This document shows, one piece after another, positions 1 through 13,030 of a DNA stretch of 64,000 nucleotides (its first letter is position 1; every line of letters begins with the position of its first letter). Below the pieces are notes generated by a model. The model saw only the letters and a list, made by a program, of their open reading frames with translations. It was not told where the DNA came from and ran no database searches. Both the position numbers and the translations under genes were made by a program. Source of the DNA: Octopus sinensis (lineage: Eukaryota); the NCBI RefSeq assembly GCF_006345805.1, contig NC_043004.1, forward strand, positions 34,782,001-34,846,000, written 5' to 3'.

Positions 1-135
1 CTTGCTTCCCAACTATGTGGTCCCATGTTCAGTTCCACTGTGTGGTGCCTTGGCAAAATATCTCTTATTTTAGTCTATGCGCTGCCCAATGTCTTTTGAG
101 CAGATTTAGTAGATGGAAACCGAAAGAAGTTCATT
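1..135 (+). mobile_element. Degenerate 5' half of tRNA-derived SINE family A
   Basis: Similar to the heads of the family A copies at 484 and 61681 (cttgcttcccaac..atgtggt..ggttcagt..cactg..tggcaccttgggcaagtg..agtagatggaaac..aagaag). Confidence 0.55.
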
Positions 136-483
136 CTTATAGCCTTTCTTTACTTTGTGGAATTGATCCCTTGTAAAGACATTGGAGTCTAAGACTAAAT
201 CTTTTGAGTGTCGTCTATATTGAGAATATCTGGATCTCATTTGTGAGCTGTATGTGTGTGTGTTTATAAGGATACACACCACAGAAAGACAGAATGGGCT
301 AAACAGAGCAAGAGGAGACACATGAGATGAAGAGTGACTGAAGAGGTCACAGGAGGTGTGACAGAAGATTTTCTGACAAAGGACATAAAATAGTAACGAT
401 AATAATTCAGAAGTGAAGAACAAATATGCAGTATGTGTATTTATTTGGCAAAAGATAAAAATGATCATCCTGAAATATATTAC

Positions 484-873
484 AGGTGTAGCTGTAGGAT
501 AAGAAGCTTACTTTCCAACCACATGGTTCTGGGTTCAGTCTGACTGAATGGCACCTTGGGCAAGTGTCTTCTACTATAGTCTCCAGCTGACCAAGGTTTT
601 GTGAGTGGATTTGGTAGACAGAAACTGAAAGAAGCCTGTCGCATATATATATATATATATATATATGTGTGCATGTCTTTGCATCAGGGTTTGTCTCACC
701 ATCACCACTTGACAACTGGTGTTGGTGTGTTTATGTCTCCGTAACTTAGTGGTTCTGCAAAAGAGACCGATAGAATAAGTACTAGGATCGATTTGTTTGA
801 TTAAAATCCTTCAAGGCAGTGCTCCTACATGGCCACAGTCTAATGAATGAAACAAGTAAAAGAATAAAAGAAT
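484..873 (+). mobile_element. tRNA-derived SINE family A, near full length, with internal (TA)n/(TG)n
   Basis: Colinear with 61681-62105 and the reverse complement of 47738-48142; B-box-like ggttcagtc, ccttgggcaagtgtcttctactatag block, A-rich tail gaaacaagtaaaagaataaaaga. Confidence 0.8.
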
Positions 874-2062
874 ATACATGTACATATGTGTGTGTGTGTG
901 TGTACATATATATGATATATGTATGTATGTATTCTTTTATTCACTTCAGCCATGCAGCAGTGGTCATGCTGGAGCATGTCCTTGTCCAAACATCGTGTGA
1001 TGGTTGTACATTAAGATCATTGTCATGCATGCCGGGTTATTTGTTTCTAGCCTTCTATGAAAGATACATCTGACAAAATGCTTATAACCATGCTTGGAAA
1101 CAGCTGATAGGAAAGGCATCCCAGCCACAGAAAAATCTGACTCAACAAGTTAGATGTGCCCAATATAAGCTTGGTAAAATGAATGCTAAAGGATGATGAA
1201 AATAAAAGTGATTTAGTGAAATTATATTTGACTGTATTGTGTCCTTTTATAAGTTTCCAGGTTCCATTCCATACAAATGTACCTCATGAATGTTTTGGTG
1301 AGTACCAAAAAGTAGTACTCCTTCCGTTTTGTCTCAGATGCTTGTTGTAAAACATGTGAACAACACTAAGTCATTCTTCCCTGTTTCTTAAAATTCTTCA
1401 ATACCATCTTCCAAGAGAAACCAGTTGGCACCATACTGGTGAACACACTGTGAGGCACCATTACTCTCATAACAAAGAATTTTCATGAAAGCTAATTTAG
1501 CAACTTTTTTTTGCAGAAATATCTGAAGATACCAAAATTGTAGCCTTGTGCTTATGTTAGGAATCAATAATATATTTATTTATCCAACCTGTACACAAGG
1601 AAATTGAATTATTTTCTTTACGGAAGGAAATGCCCTCAGAAGTGTTTGAAAATATAATTTTAATAACATAAACAGACATTTTGTGCAATGATTGTGTGTA
1701 ATGCTTATAACACAGTGTGATTTTATTGTTATTTTATACTGGCAGCTAGAGATGGCTGAGTTGATAATCTATTAGACAAACAATTATTAAATGCTGGCCT
1801 ATATTATTGATAGAAAGCTGCCCTCCATCCCTGGTGAAGATGTGTAGCCAAGACACAGGACAGAATAGCTATATGTAGAATACTATATGTTGAGGCAGCA
1901 CTGTAAACTAGAACAGCGATTCATTGTTGTTCAGCACTAGGACCACATTAGTTGAGTATACCTATGATCAAAGGCATTCCAGTCCTGACCATCCCGTCTT
2001 TTGTTTCAGACTCAATATATACAATGAGTCTTTCTCATTTCTATTTTTAAGATAGAAATATT

Positions 2063-2263
2063 GGCCATCTTTCGGTACAAGTACTATAACTGCCACGTGT
2101 GCTTGTTTGCATTTGAAGAAGATCATCACTCTCTGTAAAGTTTTTTTTTTTATATATGGGCGGTTAGGGTTAGGGGAAAAGGGTTTCTTTTTTCTTCAGA
2201 AATGTAAACAAACCCACTTGGGTTTATAATCGGCTGTTATGGTACTTGTACCGTAAGATCGCT
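2063..2263. mobile_element. MITE-like element with ~24-bp terminal inverted repeats
   Basis: atctttcggtacaagtactataac (2067-2090) vs reverse complement of 2236-2259 (atcttacggtacaagtaccataac), 22/24 match; non-coding interior with gttagggttaggg. Confidence 0.6.
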
Positions 2264-3026
2264 GGAATATTTTGCTGTCACTTCTTTCTCTTTGGTTTGT
2301 AAGTGATACAGTGTCGAGTCGATACTTTACCCTCAGCTTAGGCTATGATTAGCAGGATAACGATGTGACATTGCTTTCAAAGAGTGAACTTGAAAATGAG
2401 TATTTATTTTGTATTTGAAAGGAACAGGGTATGAGAATAGTCGACATATAAAAGAACAAATTAAGATATATTATAATTCCTGTTATAATATTTAGAGAAA
2501 GACCATATGAAGTGAGTGCCTGAGGACTCCACTTACACGACCCCCACCTTCCTGAAATAACGAGTAGAAAAGATGGATAGGTTGAAGGTACTTATAATTT
2601 TCAGCTTAGATCTCACTAGGATCAATTTTTCTAAACTCTGCTTAATGGTTGACCGGCAAGCAACCTAAATGAATATAAAACCTTTCTTCTACATAATTGA
2701 CCTGGTGACTAATGAAAGAAATCCTTATAATTTTTTCCTCATTAGACTTGTAAGTCTTTATTCATAGACAACTTGCTTCATCATTCAGTCTCTATAATAT
2801 AATCTCCATTATTTCTTCAATTGACTCTTCTTTACTTAATTATTTACCAATCCTCTATTTACACCTCTAATATTTATCTTCCTTCTTTTTGTCTTCCACA
2901 ATAAAACTCCCTCCCAGCAGAACTCTACAGCAAACATTGTCTCAATCATATATTTCTTCTGCTGCCTGCTGGCTGACAACTTTTCAGACTTCTATTAACT
3001 GACAACACTTTACAGTTTTCATAATC

Positions 3027-3044
3027 ATAATAATAATAATAATA

Positions 3045-3107
<63 letters not shown>
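3027..3107. repeat. (AAT)n microsatellite
   Basis: Direct reading; a second tract at ~3309-3352. Confidence 0.95.
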
Positions 3108-3110
<3 letters not shown>

Positions 3111-3305
3111 TCTATGTAATCTCAAGTTTTAAAACAAACAATTTTCTTATGGTTTTTTAGACATTCACTAGTACAACACTAAGTACAAAACCAAATATAT
3201 AGCACCCTAGGCATAACACCAATATGAACTCCCAACTTGTTATCTCTTGAGGTCTCTGGGTGAGACTTGGAGCCAACGTGTACAAATGTAAAGCAAAAGT
3301 CAAAC

Positions 3306-3351
<46 letters not shown>

Positions 3352-4325
3352 TATAACAAAAAGAGGAAAGGCTACATTGGATGTTGTATTAGCTTTCCAT
3401 ATGCAATGCCAGAAAGAAACGGTGGAATGGTCATAGCTGGAATGTCTATGATTACAACAGTCAATATGTATAAGAGAAGGCAAGAGGAGAACTGATTAAG
3501 CAAAGTGCCTGGTGTGTTTGGTAATAAGAGCAGAAGAGCTGGGTACATTAGATGCAGGTAAGACATGGCAAATCCATTGCAAGGGATAAAATCGGTTTGA
3601 GTAGTGGTTAAAGGGACAATGAATGGAAGAAATTGTGATTATGACCCAATAGTTATGGTGTGTTGGAAAGTGTATGCTTTGAAGCCAACGAGAAAAATCT
3701 TTTAAATGTTAATAGTCAAGTGGAAGCTACCATACTGAATAAGGACAGTCAAAACTAATTTTTTAATATTGGAATTATAAGAAGTAAAAAATACATTGAA
3801 ATTATTGCTAATTGGCACTTAGATGTTGCCTCTGATGTTGAAGGAGCAGCAACAACACTAAACAGAACATTGGAGCAATATTTCAATGTGGATTCCACTT
3901 GATATTTTTTGAGAGTCATAAAATGATCTGGGCTGGAATATATTCAGAAACCATAAGGGAAGTTTAGTCTTTGAGGTGCACATTTTGCAATGGATTACGC
4001 ACTTGAAATAGTTTTGAAAGATCATCAAAGATTGTGAAACACAGCAACTGCAAAACCTGGCATTAGCCAAGATTGTGAAACCCGGCATTTGATGTGTGAG
4101 CTTTCATGTATAAGGAAGATGTAGAGGGAAAGTGTTTTCTGATTTTTGGAATGGTGTTTGTTTAATTTTTTAAATGAGACAATTAAAATTTCTGCTTACA
4201 GAAGCAGGGTAATGTTGCATATGGATGTATGGATGGTGGTTATGTGTAGAAGGTTAAAGAAAAATAACAGTCCGTGTGTGGAAAGAAGCATCAATGATAA
4301 GGACTTTTATGGACAGAAGAAAGAG

Positions 4326-5590
4326 TACAGAAACCTGAAAAGTTTCCAGACTAGTTATGTATAACAAAAACTAACTTCTTTACCTAAGTCTTAACATCAT
4401 CTCTTTTGAAATAGTCACCTTACATAGCAATTCACTGGTCCCAGCCTTCCTACCACTTTTGGAATCTGGCCTGGAAGTTGTTTTTCATAAGCAATTTGAG
4501 GACCTTCTGTGGTGTTAAAATGGTGACCTTTGGGCTGTATTTTCATCTTGGGGAAAAGACAGAATAGGGCAGGCACAGATGTGATAGCATGTTGTTTTGG
4601 GTGAGAAACTCACGAATGAGGAGAGCTGTGTCATTATGAAGAATCCAAGTCTTCACACACCACAGATCCTAGCACTTTTGCCAAATGTTTTCCCTCAAAT
4701 GCTTCAAAATATTACAGTAGAACTCTCGATTTGTGGTCTGGCTGTGGGGGATGAATTCTTTTTATGCACAATACCATGGGTGTCAAAATAATGACGAGTA
4801 TGTTTTTGATTGAGCTGTGACTCTGTCATGCATTTATTGGTTGTGGAAATGAAAGCCTTTTCCATCGTGAAGACTGTTGCTTTGTCACAGGGTTATACCT
4901 GTAGATCCAATTCTTGTCACCGGTGATGATCCTTGACATGAAGGATGGGTCATCAGTTGCACAATGACAAAGATCTTGACAGACTTTAACTCAGTGTTCT
5001 TTCTGCTCAGTGGTCAGTGGGTGAGGGACAACTTGGCAGAGACACACTGCATATTCAATGCAGGTGTTAGGATTTCTTCCTGCACAGATCCATACGACTG
5101 ACCAACTACATCAGCAATGTCATTAATCATCCTACGACGATCTCCATGCTCAAGCTGATGAATTTTATTCCCATTTCCAGGGGTAACACTCATAGCATGT
5201 CTCTCAAATTACTCACTGTCTCCTAAGGATGTTCTTTCACTTTTGAAACACTTGTGCCATTTGAAATATTGCATACGACTCCATGCCTTATTGCTCTAAG
5301 CTTGCTGAAGCATGTCCAGTGTCTCTGTAGCAGACTTACCAAGTTTAACGCAAAATTTCAAGTTGGCTCTTTGCTCCAACTTCCTGTCCCTGACAAAAAT
5401 TGCAGACTACAGCATACACACATGATCACAAAAATACAAATTTCACAACTTGCAAATCAAACACACTGATGTCATTTGGCACGCTACTTTATGAAGGTCA
5501 CTGGTAGATCTCACTGCACAAACAACCATGTGTTGCCATATGTCGGTGCACTACAGAACTAGTTCAGAAACGTTTTGGTACTAAGTCGTA
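4326..5590 (-). mobile_element. Degenerate near-full-length mariner transposon (irritans-like transposase relic)
   Basis: Minus-strand translation gives EQRANLKFCVKLGKSATETLDMLQQA (N-terminal HTH), RIITGDKNWIY (first catalytic D), FPKMKIQPKGHHF and GDYF; multiple stops and frameshifts; degenerate TIR-like ends at ~4326-4362 and ~5551-5590. Confidence 0.85.
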
Positions 5591-7499
5591 ATTAAAAGCA
5601 TGAAGTATACTGGTGCTGAAAGAATGTGGGTTTCAGAAAGAGCTGTCAAAGCTTGCTGATGTTTGGTTTTTGGTCATCCAAGAAATGAGAAATGAACAGA
5701 TGAAAATTGATAATTTGGTTGGAATACTTATTAATTGCTTCGTGAGTGTTCTGGAAAGAGTATAGGCACCAAGTCTTATTTAACGATGGAGATGTGCTTT
5801 GATCATTCCATGACAAGAAATATCTTGTCTCAGTAATAGATATGTAAAGATCAAAATATCATATAAAGTCCTAGCAGTTTGTTGGCATAAATAAGGGGTG
5901 TAAAATACAAGTAATATAGATTTTAGGTCACAACATCAAGGTCAGAATAACTTCTCTGCTTTTTAAGATTAGAATAACTATAAATAACGTTAGTTATAAA
6001 ATTGTAAATTATACTTCTTGTGCTTAGAGGAAACATTAGATGTAATTATTGGACCAGTTAATTCTAACTTGTAAATCAGCCATGAATGGCCTCTACAATA
6101 AGGCAAGTAACAAACACCAAGGAGGTATCAGTGTGTATGCTATTAATGGTTCAGATTGGCACCAATAGATAAGAAATTTTCTTCACAAGCATGAGGTTCC
6201 GGCTGTGACATTATTGTATGACCCAAGCCTTTTGCAGGAAACTGAGTAGATGAAAATTATGTAGAAGCCTTTTAGGGGAACCATCCTTGTAAATAAAAGG
6301 ACCAGTGTTGTTACAGAGTTTAAAACTAATTTTGCCTGACGATTAGGCTAAAGAAGCATGAATTCAAGAAAGACTCAGCCTTAGATATAATTCAGTCAGT
6401 TGTTAGTTCTGTTTAGTGGACAACAAGATTATACAATGACAAAATTAGCAGAAAATCTATTTACTTATTTTCACTTTAGTTACATCTGAGACAGTTTCTT
6501 CTCAATGCCCTTGTCCCTCAACAAACTATAGCCAGCTACATGTGGACTGTAAAAGATTGAATCTTTTTCTGGATCTCAGTATTAATTTTTGTATGGTAAA
6601 AGGATCTTTGGTGGACTAGTGTGTTAACCAAAGGAAAATTTTTCTCTCCTTACCTTGAAACTACAGAAAATAAAAGACCCAACCAGTTTAGTGGACCCAT
6701 CAGATTTTTCTAAGGATTAACATCTTGTTATCCCTTTTCTATTGAATTGATGGCAAAGAACTTTCTATCAAACACTGTCTCCATTAACTTTCATTTTATT
6801 TCCTGTAGTATAGAAAATCTAAATTGACTTTAGATAAGTTTTGATTATTTGCCATGCAAAACTATTTAATTTGATGCTAAAACAACTATTTACCAATGTC
6901 TTATTTTGTCTGATTCGTCAAGTATTTTTACCAAAACTATAAACTAAATATAATTTCCGTGCTGTATGTATGAAAACATCTGAAACTATATTCATTTGGG
7001 ATATATTGCTTCTGTGAAACTGTATTTCTGTTGATGATCTTGTTCACCAAGGCAAACAGCAATTACTTTGCAGTTATTTAGTTTAAACATTTACAGATGG
7101 ACGAGGGTAGTGGTGGTCTTTGTTTACACAGTTAAAAACCAATTATATATTCGTTCTTTAGTTACATATACTGTCTTTTACTACTATTAGTCAAAAACTG
7201 AGTTTACAATATCAATTAGTTTATATTGTACCGATTGATGTCTTTTATATATTTTGCTTGTATTTGAAAAGAGATAGCATTAAACATATATTTGGTGTTG
7301 TATCATTTATAATCCTGGTATTTTCGTTAATGAATCCTGAGTTCAAATTGCACATCAAAAATTCGATACTGCCATCATTATTGAAATCATTGCATTAAAT
7401 TGTCCTTCTCGTTAAGTAATTGATACATGAAAGAAACATCATATTATCTCTCTTAGTCACCTTTTATGGAATATTTATATGTGTGTGTAGGCATATATA

Positions 7500-7670
7500 T
7501 ATATACAGGGAGAGTTTACAAAAAAAACAAAAGCCGAAGACAGGTAGTGTACAAAACAAACAGATGTATTAGTATAATGCTCAGGAATAGAAAAAGTCTT
7601 TTACGTTTCGAGCTTACACTCTTCTACAGAAAGGGACACAGAAAAAACAAGGAGAGAAAAAAATATGTGT
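7500..7670 (-). mobile_element. Repeat family F, Penelope-like terminal repeat fragment with hammerhead-like motif
   Basis: Reverse complement of 50950-51110; carries ctgtagaagag..ctcgaaacgtaaaag, resembling the CTGA.GA..CGAAACGT motif of Penelope pseudo-LTRs. Confidence 0.55.
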
Positions 7671-7721
7671 AGTTGCAAACAATCTATCATGGTGACTGGG
7701 TGTGATAGGTAAATTGTCATC

Positions 7722-7757
<36 letters not shown>

Positions 7758-7759
<2 letters not shown>

Positions 7760-8006
7760 GCCACCGACACAGGTGCCAGACGAGGCTGGCCGTTTGCCAG
7801 CCTCGTCTGGCACCTGTGTCGGTGGCACATAAAATCACCCACTACACTCTCGGAGTGGTTGGCGTTAGGAAGGGCATCCAGCTGTAGAAACACTGCCAGA
7901 TCTGACTGGACTGGTGCAGCTTTCGGGCTCCCCAGACCCCAGTTGAACCGTCCAACCCATGCTAGCATGGAAAGCGGACGTTAAATGATGATGATGATGA
8001 TGATGA
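7758..8006 (+). mobile_element. 3' end of RTE-clade LINE (family B) with (GAT)n tail
   Basis: Same sequence as the 3' UTR attached to RT-coding sequence at 11410-12238; ends gctagcatggaaagcggacgttaaatgatgatgatg. Confidence 0.75.
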
Positions 8007-8022
8007 TATATTTTATATATAT

Positions 8023-8113
<91 letters not shown>

Positions 8114-8175
8114 GCATGTATATATATAGATATAAATACATATGTAACTATATATATTACATATGTATTTATATG

Positions 8176-8221
<46 letters not shown>

Positions 8222-8265
8222 TACATACATACATACATATATGCCTACACACACATATATATGAA
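8006..8265. repeat. Long interrupted (TA)n microsatellite
   Basis: Direct reading; source of the YIYIYI pseudo-ORFs. Confidence 0.95.
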
Positions 8266-8816
8266 TTTAATGGGCAATATATGGATGTAACTAATCTGGT
8301 AGTACTCAAAAATGAAAGCTTCTTCAATGGATCAAGCTACAAACCACATATTAAAAACAAAAAAACAAAACAAAACAAAGGGATGTAGTGTTTAGTCCGA
8401 TGCTGTTGAAATCCAGTAAATCCAATTGGTAAGGATTATTAGATTAGGAATTTGTACAATATAAAGAAAGAGAAGAGATATTTTATCAATTGACATCCAT
8501 ATACCAATGATCGTTTTGCAGCCTTTATAATATAAAAAATTCAATTTGTTTTATTGTATAATAAATGAATAAATAATGAATTGTCTTAAATACCTGTACT
8601 AATGTATATAATATAAATTATACAACTGAATTATATAATTCTTATTATATATATTTATAGAGGTATGTAAAGTAACTCGTTATTTGTTCATTTATCATAC
8701 AATAAAATAAATCATTTTTTTATATGCAAAAAGCTATGGAACAATTGTTTGGATATCAGGTGGTGAAATAAATTTTTTCATCTAATATCTCCTCTCTGAT
8801 TTTATATATTTCATAT

Positions 8817-9030
8817 ACAGGGTGCGATAGGTAAATTGTCATCATTTTATATTTTTAATTTCATGCATGCGCATTGTTTGTTTTTGATCTTGTCAAGTAC
8901 ACAATATAGTAGGGTCAGTTGGGCACCCTCTGGGAGAAAAACAGCACCATGATGCAATTTCTGCTAGGAATTTGGAAATGACATGCTGTACTGCTTGGCA
9001 ATCACATTGGAAGATCCAATATGAACATCT
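8817..9030 (+). mobile_element. 5' fragment of a Tc1/mariner-superfamily element
   Basis: Starts tacagggtgcgataggtaaattgtcatca (TA + CAGGGTG TIR-type start; the same motif recurs at ~7694-7722), followed by a decayed frame MMQFLLGIWK*HAVLLGNHIGRSNMNI; no matching right TIR found. Confidence 0.45.
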
Positions 9031-9287
9031 TTATTAAAAACTTTTCTACAGCATATATATGTTTCAACTGCAGTGACTGCGCATTGCTCTGTATGCAATT
9101 ATGCATCCTAGTTACTGCACTTACGCCAAGGATCCATCAATCAAGACATTTTCAAAGTGAACTGATTCTAACAAGCATCCTGTGTTGATATTCAGTTGAA
9201 GGTTGTAGCATTACTTTTTAAATCCAATGGAATTCTGGTCTTCTAATCACCTCTAGAGGCATCACAGTTGAAACGTGGTTTATAATT

Positions 9288-9300
9288 GTGTGTGTGTGTG

Positions 9301-9354
<54 letters not shown>
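9288..9354. repeat. (GT)n microsatellite
   Basis: Direct reading. Confidence 0.95.
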
Positions 9355-9356
<2 letters not shown>

Positions 9357-9824
9357 AAATTAGTTTAAATCAAAAATTTACGTGTTGGGTATGTTCCTAG
9401 TAGTTTGCTAATGAAGCACCATCACTGCCTCTTGCTAACTGGCATCATCCACGGTAATTGCACAATGGTTGGTTGCTGGATCTACCTTAGGAATTCTTCA
9501 CTGTACGTTGAGTATAGCTGAAACAATGGATACAGAATATAGAATACACTGGACACTTTATTTACCACAATGATCATTTTGACACATCCTGCATCACTTC
9601 CTCATTGCTGATAGCCTCTACAATGAATTACGGAGCATCCCACGGCACAAAAGAATCTCTTCGGGTGATACAACACAGTTTTTCATTACATAAATAACTC
9701 TTATGATCAACTAGAGCGTATTGATAAGTCGTAGCTAAGACACATGGAGAAGGAATGGTAAAGAATGGTCGTGTTTGTATACATATATATGTACTGGCAT
9801 TGTCCTACAATAAATATAGTAATA

Positions 9825-10037
9825 ATGACTTCAAATTTTTGCCACAAGGGCTGCTTGGGGGTGGGGATTAAGTCAGTTATGTCGACCCCAGTGCATAACT
9901 GGTACTTATTTAATCAACTCCAAAAGGATGAAAGGCAAAGTTGACCTTGGCAGAATATGAACTCAGAACATAGTGACGAGTGACATACCACTAAGCATTC
10001 TGCACAGTGCACTAATGATCCTGTCAGCTTGCCACCT
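9825..10037 (-). mobile_element. tRNA-derived SINE family C
   Basis: Reverse complement of the family at 15322 and 25682 (gagttcaaattc.gcc.aggtcgactttgcctttcatcctt). Confidence 0.7.
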
Positions 10038-11305
10038 TAATAAATACTGCAATAATGACAATAATTCCTGGATGGAATTTATACACATTTAATGCATTGC
10101 TATGCACGTTTCCACAAATCATGTGTCTCTTAAGATCTCAGTGCCTGTTGCTGGGATGATTACCATGTAGTCCCTAGGATCCATGGGCATCAGGTGAATC
10201 ATCTTCATGGATTCATTTCTTCAGGTGATGTAACATTAATGGATGTTTACCAGCGGGTCACTTATCCTTTTTTGACCAGTGAGGAGGTTGGTTGAGTTAT
10301 GTCCATCTGTCTGTCCATCTCTGACCAGGTAACCATGTATCTCCTTTACAACAAGACACCTGTTTTTGTTTCTCTGTCACACTCTAACTTTTCATCATCT
10401 GGCTCAAGATCATCTCATCCACTCTGCAGTGTGGTTGATGTTAGGGAGGGCATCCAGCAGCTAAAAACCCCACATCACAACAGACAACAAAGTCTTCTTC
10501 ATAGCCAACTCTCGTCAAACCATCTACCCCATTCTCACAGGGAAAGAAGATGTTAAATGATGATGATGATGATATATATATCTATAGAAAGAGCGGAGGA
10601 AAGAGAATGAAAGCTATAAGTAACTCCATTAACAAAATGAAGAAACATATTTCTGCCCCCAACCTCACAACCAATTCATAATGTTTATTACACACATCAG
10701 CACTAAGTGTTTTCTATTTCTCTTTATATTTTTAATATGCTACTTCAAAGATAAGAAAGTATGTTAATCTCTAAATATTGTATACATAGATATTGAAGTG
10801 TTGACTAAGATACTGTTGCAGGATAGTTCGAAGCTAATTTAAATTCTAAGAAAGCAATTATTTAGAATTTTCTTTTAAATATTATTTTAATCTTTCTTTT
10901 TCCCCAAAATTTAGATTTTTCTTTAAAATTCTATTTATATGTTTTGTTTTTAATAATGTACAGCTTATTAAAGTACATGTTCAGTGTAGAAAAACATCTT
11001 ACATTTTTTTCTCTGAGCATGTTTTTAGATCATTGTTTTATAGATATGGATGTGTGTGCTTTTTTGCAGTGCATTTTCATCAAGTCGCAGTGTTTATCAA
11101 TAGTGGAAACACGTTTTAAAATCTACTTGTAGTTTCTTAAGTGTTATACATTCACTATATTTAATTATACAGAACAGAGATATGATTGTTGAAGTGCATA
11201 AAATCTGGAATTGTGTTTTTCATGTAGAAAATAAAAATTGTGTCACAAAGAGAAAATAATAAAGCTTTCTTGAAATAAATAACATCATATAATGTTATAT
11301 AAATA

Positions 11306-11340
<35 letters not shown>

Positions 11341-11409
11341 TTGTAATATGATGTGTGGGTACAATAAGCACAAAAATGTGCAGACAATTGCCTCCCTCAA
11401 ATGCACAGA

Positions 11410-12238
11410 TGGATCATTAGAAGTAGTAGATAGCTTCTGTTACCAAGTTAGCAATTGAGGAAGCAGCTCTGAAAGTGTAATTGCTAGAATAAGAATGGGC
11501 TGGGAAAAGTTCAGAGAGCTTTTGCCTCTGTTGGTAATCAAGGACCTCTGCCTCAGAATGAAAGGCAGTTTGTATGATGCCTGTGTATGTACAGCTATGT
11601 TAACATGGCAGTGAAACATGAACTTTGACTACAAAGGACTTGTGAAGGTTTGAAACAAACGAAGGTAGCATGCTCCACTGGATGAGTAATATAAGTGTAC
11701 ATGCATGACAGGGTGTAAATGAGGAAAACAGGGTATAAGGGGCATCAGATGTTGTGTGCAACAGAGAAGATTGTGCTGGTTTGGTCATGTGATACATATG
11801 GATGAGGACAGCTGTGTAAAGAAATGCTGAGCTCTAATCGTGGAAGGTACCTGTAGAATGAGTAAATCCAGGAAGACGTGAAACAAAATGGTGAGAAAGG
11901 ATCTTCAGACACTGGGCTTCACTGAGGAGATGACAAAGGATTGAGAGATGTGGGGATCTGCTCCACTTAAAAAGACACATCAAGCTAAGTAAAATCACTA
12001 TCTTGTCCTTTGCAGGTGTCATATATGATGCACCTGTGCCAGTGCTACATAGCTGGAGGCTCATAAAAGGCGACCAGTGCACTCTGTAAAGTGGTTGGCA
12101 TTAGGAAGGGCATCCAACCATAGAAACCATGCCACAACAGACAACTGCAGTCTGAACAGCTCCCTACCAGTCATCTCTGTGTCAAACCATTCAACCCATG
12201 CCAGTATCGAAAATGGACGTTAAAGGATGATGATGATA
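11410..12238 (+). mobile_element. 5'-truncated RTE-clade LINE: RT C-terminus plus 3' UTR and (GAT)n tail
   Basis: Translates as EVVDSFCY..SSESVIARIRMGWEKFRELLPLLVIKDLCLRMKGSLYDACVCTAML and LCWFGHVIHMDEDSCVKKC with stops; ends aaaatggacgttaaaggatgatgatgat. Confidence 0.85.
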
Positions 12239-12404
12239 TGTGCACATGCACTGGCATGCATGATTGTGTATGTGTTTATGCTTGTTGCATCTTCCCCTGG
12301 TCAAGTTCTTTGCAGGCTGATTTTTACAATCTTCCATTAGAACATGTCCATTCCTGAGCTGTTTAACGGCCAGGAGAGATATAACCTTTTTTTTTTTTTT
12401 GTAA

Positions 12405-12573
12405 ACAGGTATGGTTCAGAAGCTTACATACAAATTGTGTGGTCCTTGGTTCAATCTTACTGTACAGCGCCTGGTGCAAGTGTCTTCAATTATATCTCTG
12501 AGCCAACCAAAGCCTTATGGTGGGAATTGGTTGACAGAAACTGAAATAATGCCATTGTATGTGTGTCTGTGTG

Positions 12574-12575
<2 letters not shown>
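12405..12575 (+). mobile_element. SINE family A, 5' half only
   Basis: ggttcaatcttactgtacagcgcctggtgcaagtgtcttc..tggttgacagaaactgaa; runs into (TA)n(GATA)n. Confidence 0.6.
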
Positions 12576-12663
<88 letters not shown>

Positions 12664-12737
12664 TACAACTTATAAACAAGGGAAAAAGAAAAAAATTCTA
12701 ATGCCAAATATGCTGAAAATGGACAAATCGTCAATAA

Positions 12738-12789
12738 CCATATAATTTATCACTATAAGCGTGCGTGCTTATAGTGATAAATTATATGG
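12738..12789. other. Perfect 23-bp-stem hairpin (6-nt loop)
   Basis: ccatataatttatcactataagc-gtgcgt-gcttatagtgataaattatatgg; arms are exact reverse complements. Confidence 0.95.
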
Positions 12790-12950
12790 GGGACAAGCAC
12801 AGACACAAAGATGGGCTTCTTTCAGTTTCCATCTACCAAACCAACTTATGAGGTTTTGCTTGGCCCAAGGCTATAAAAGTAGACCCTAAGTCCAGTGGGA
12901 CTGAACCCAGAACCATATAGTTGAGAAGTGAACTTCTTACTACACACCTG
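12790..12950 (-). mobile_element. SINE family A, 5' half only, inverted relative to 12405-12575
   Basis: gggcttctttcagtttccatctaccaaa..cccaaggctata..gggactgaacccagaaccat is the reverse complement of the family A head. Confidence 0.65.
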
Positions 12951-13030
12951 CACTTGTATATACATGTTTCCTTTAAAATCTTTTAAGCCTCAGCCTTAGG
13001 TTTCTTCTCACTGTTGTTGTTGTTGTTGTT

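Noticed and set aside
3880-4080. Possible Tc1-like transposase trace (MIWAGIYS)
   Set aside because: One short motif only, no TIRs or further motifs
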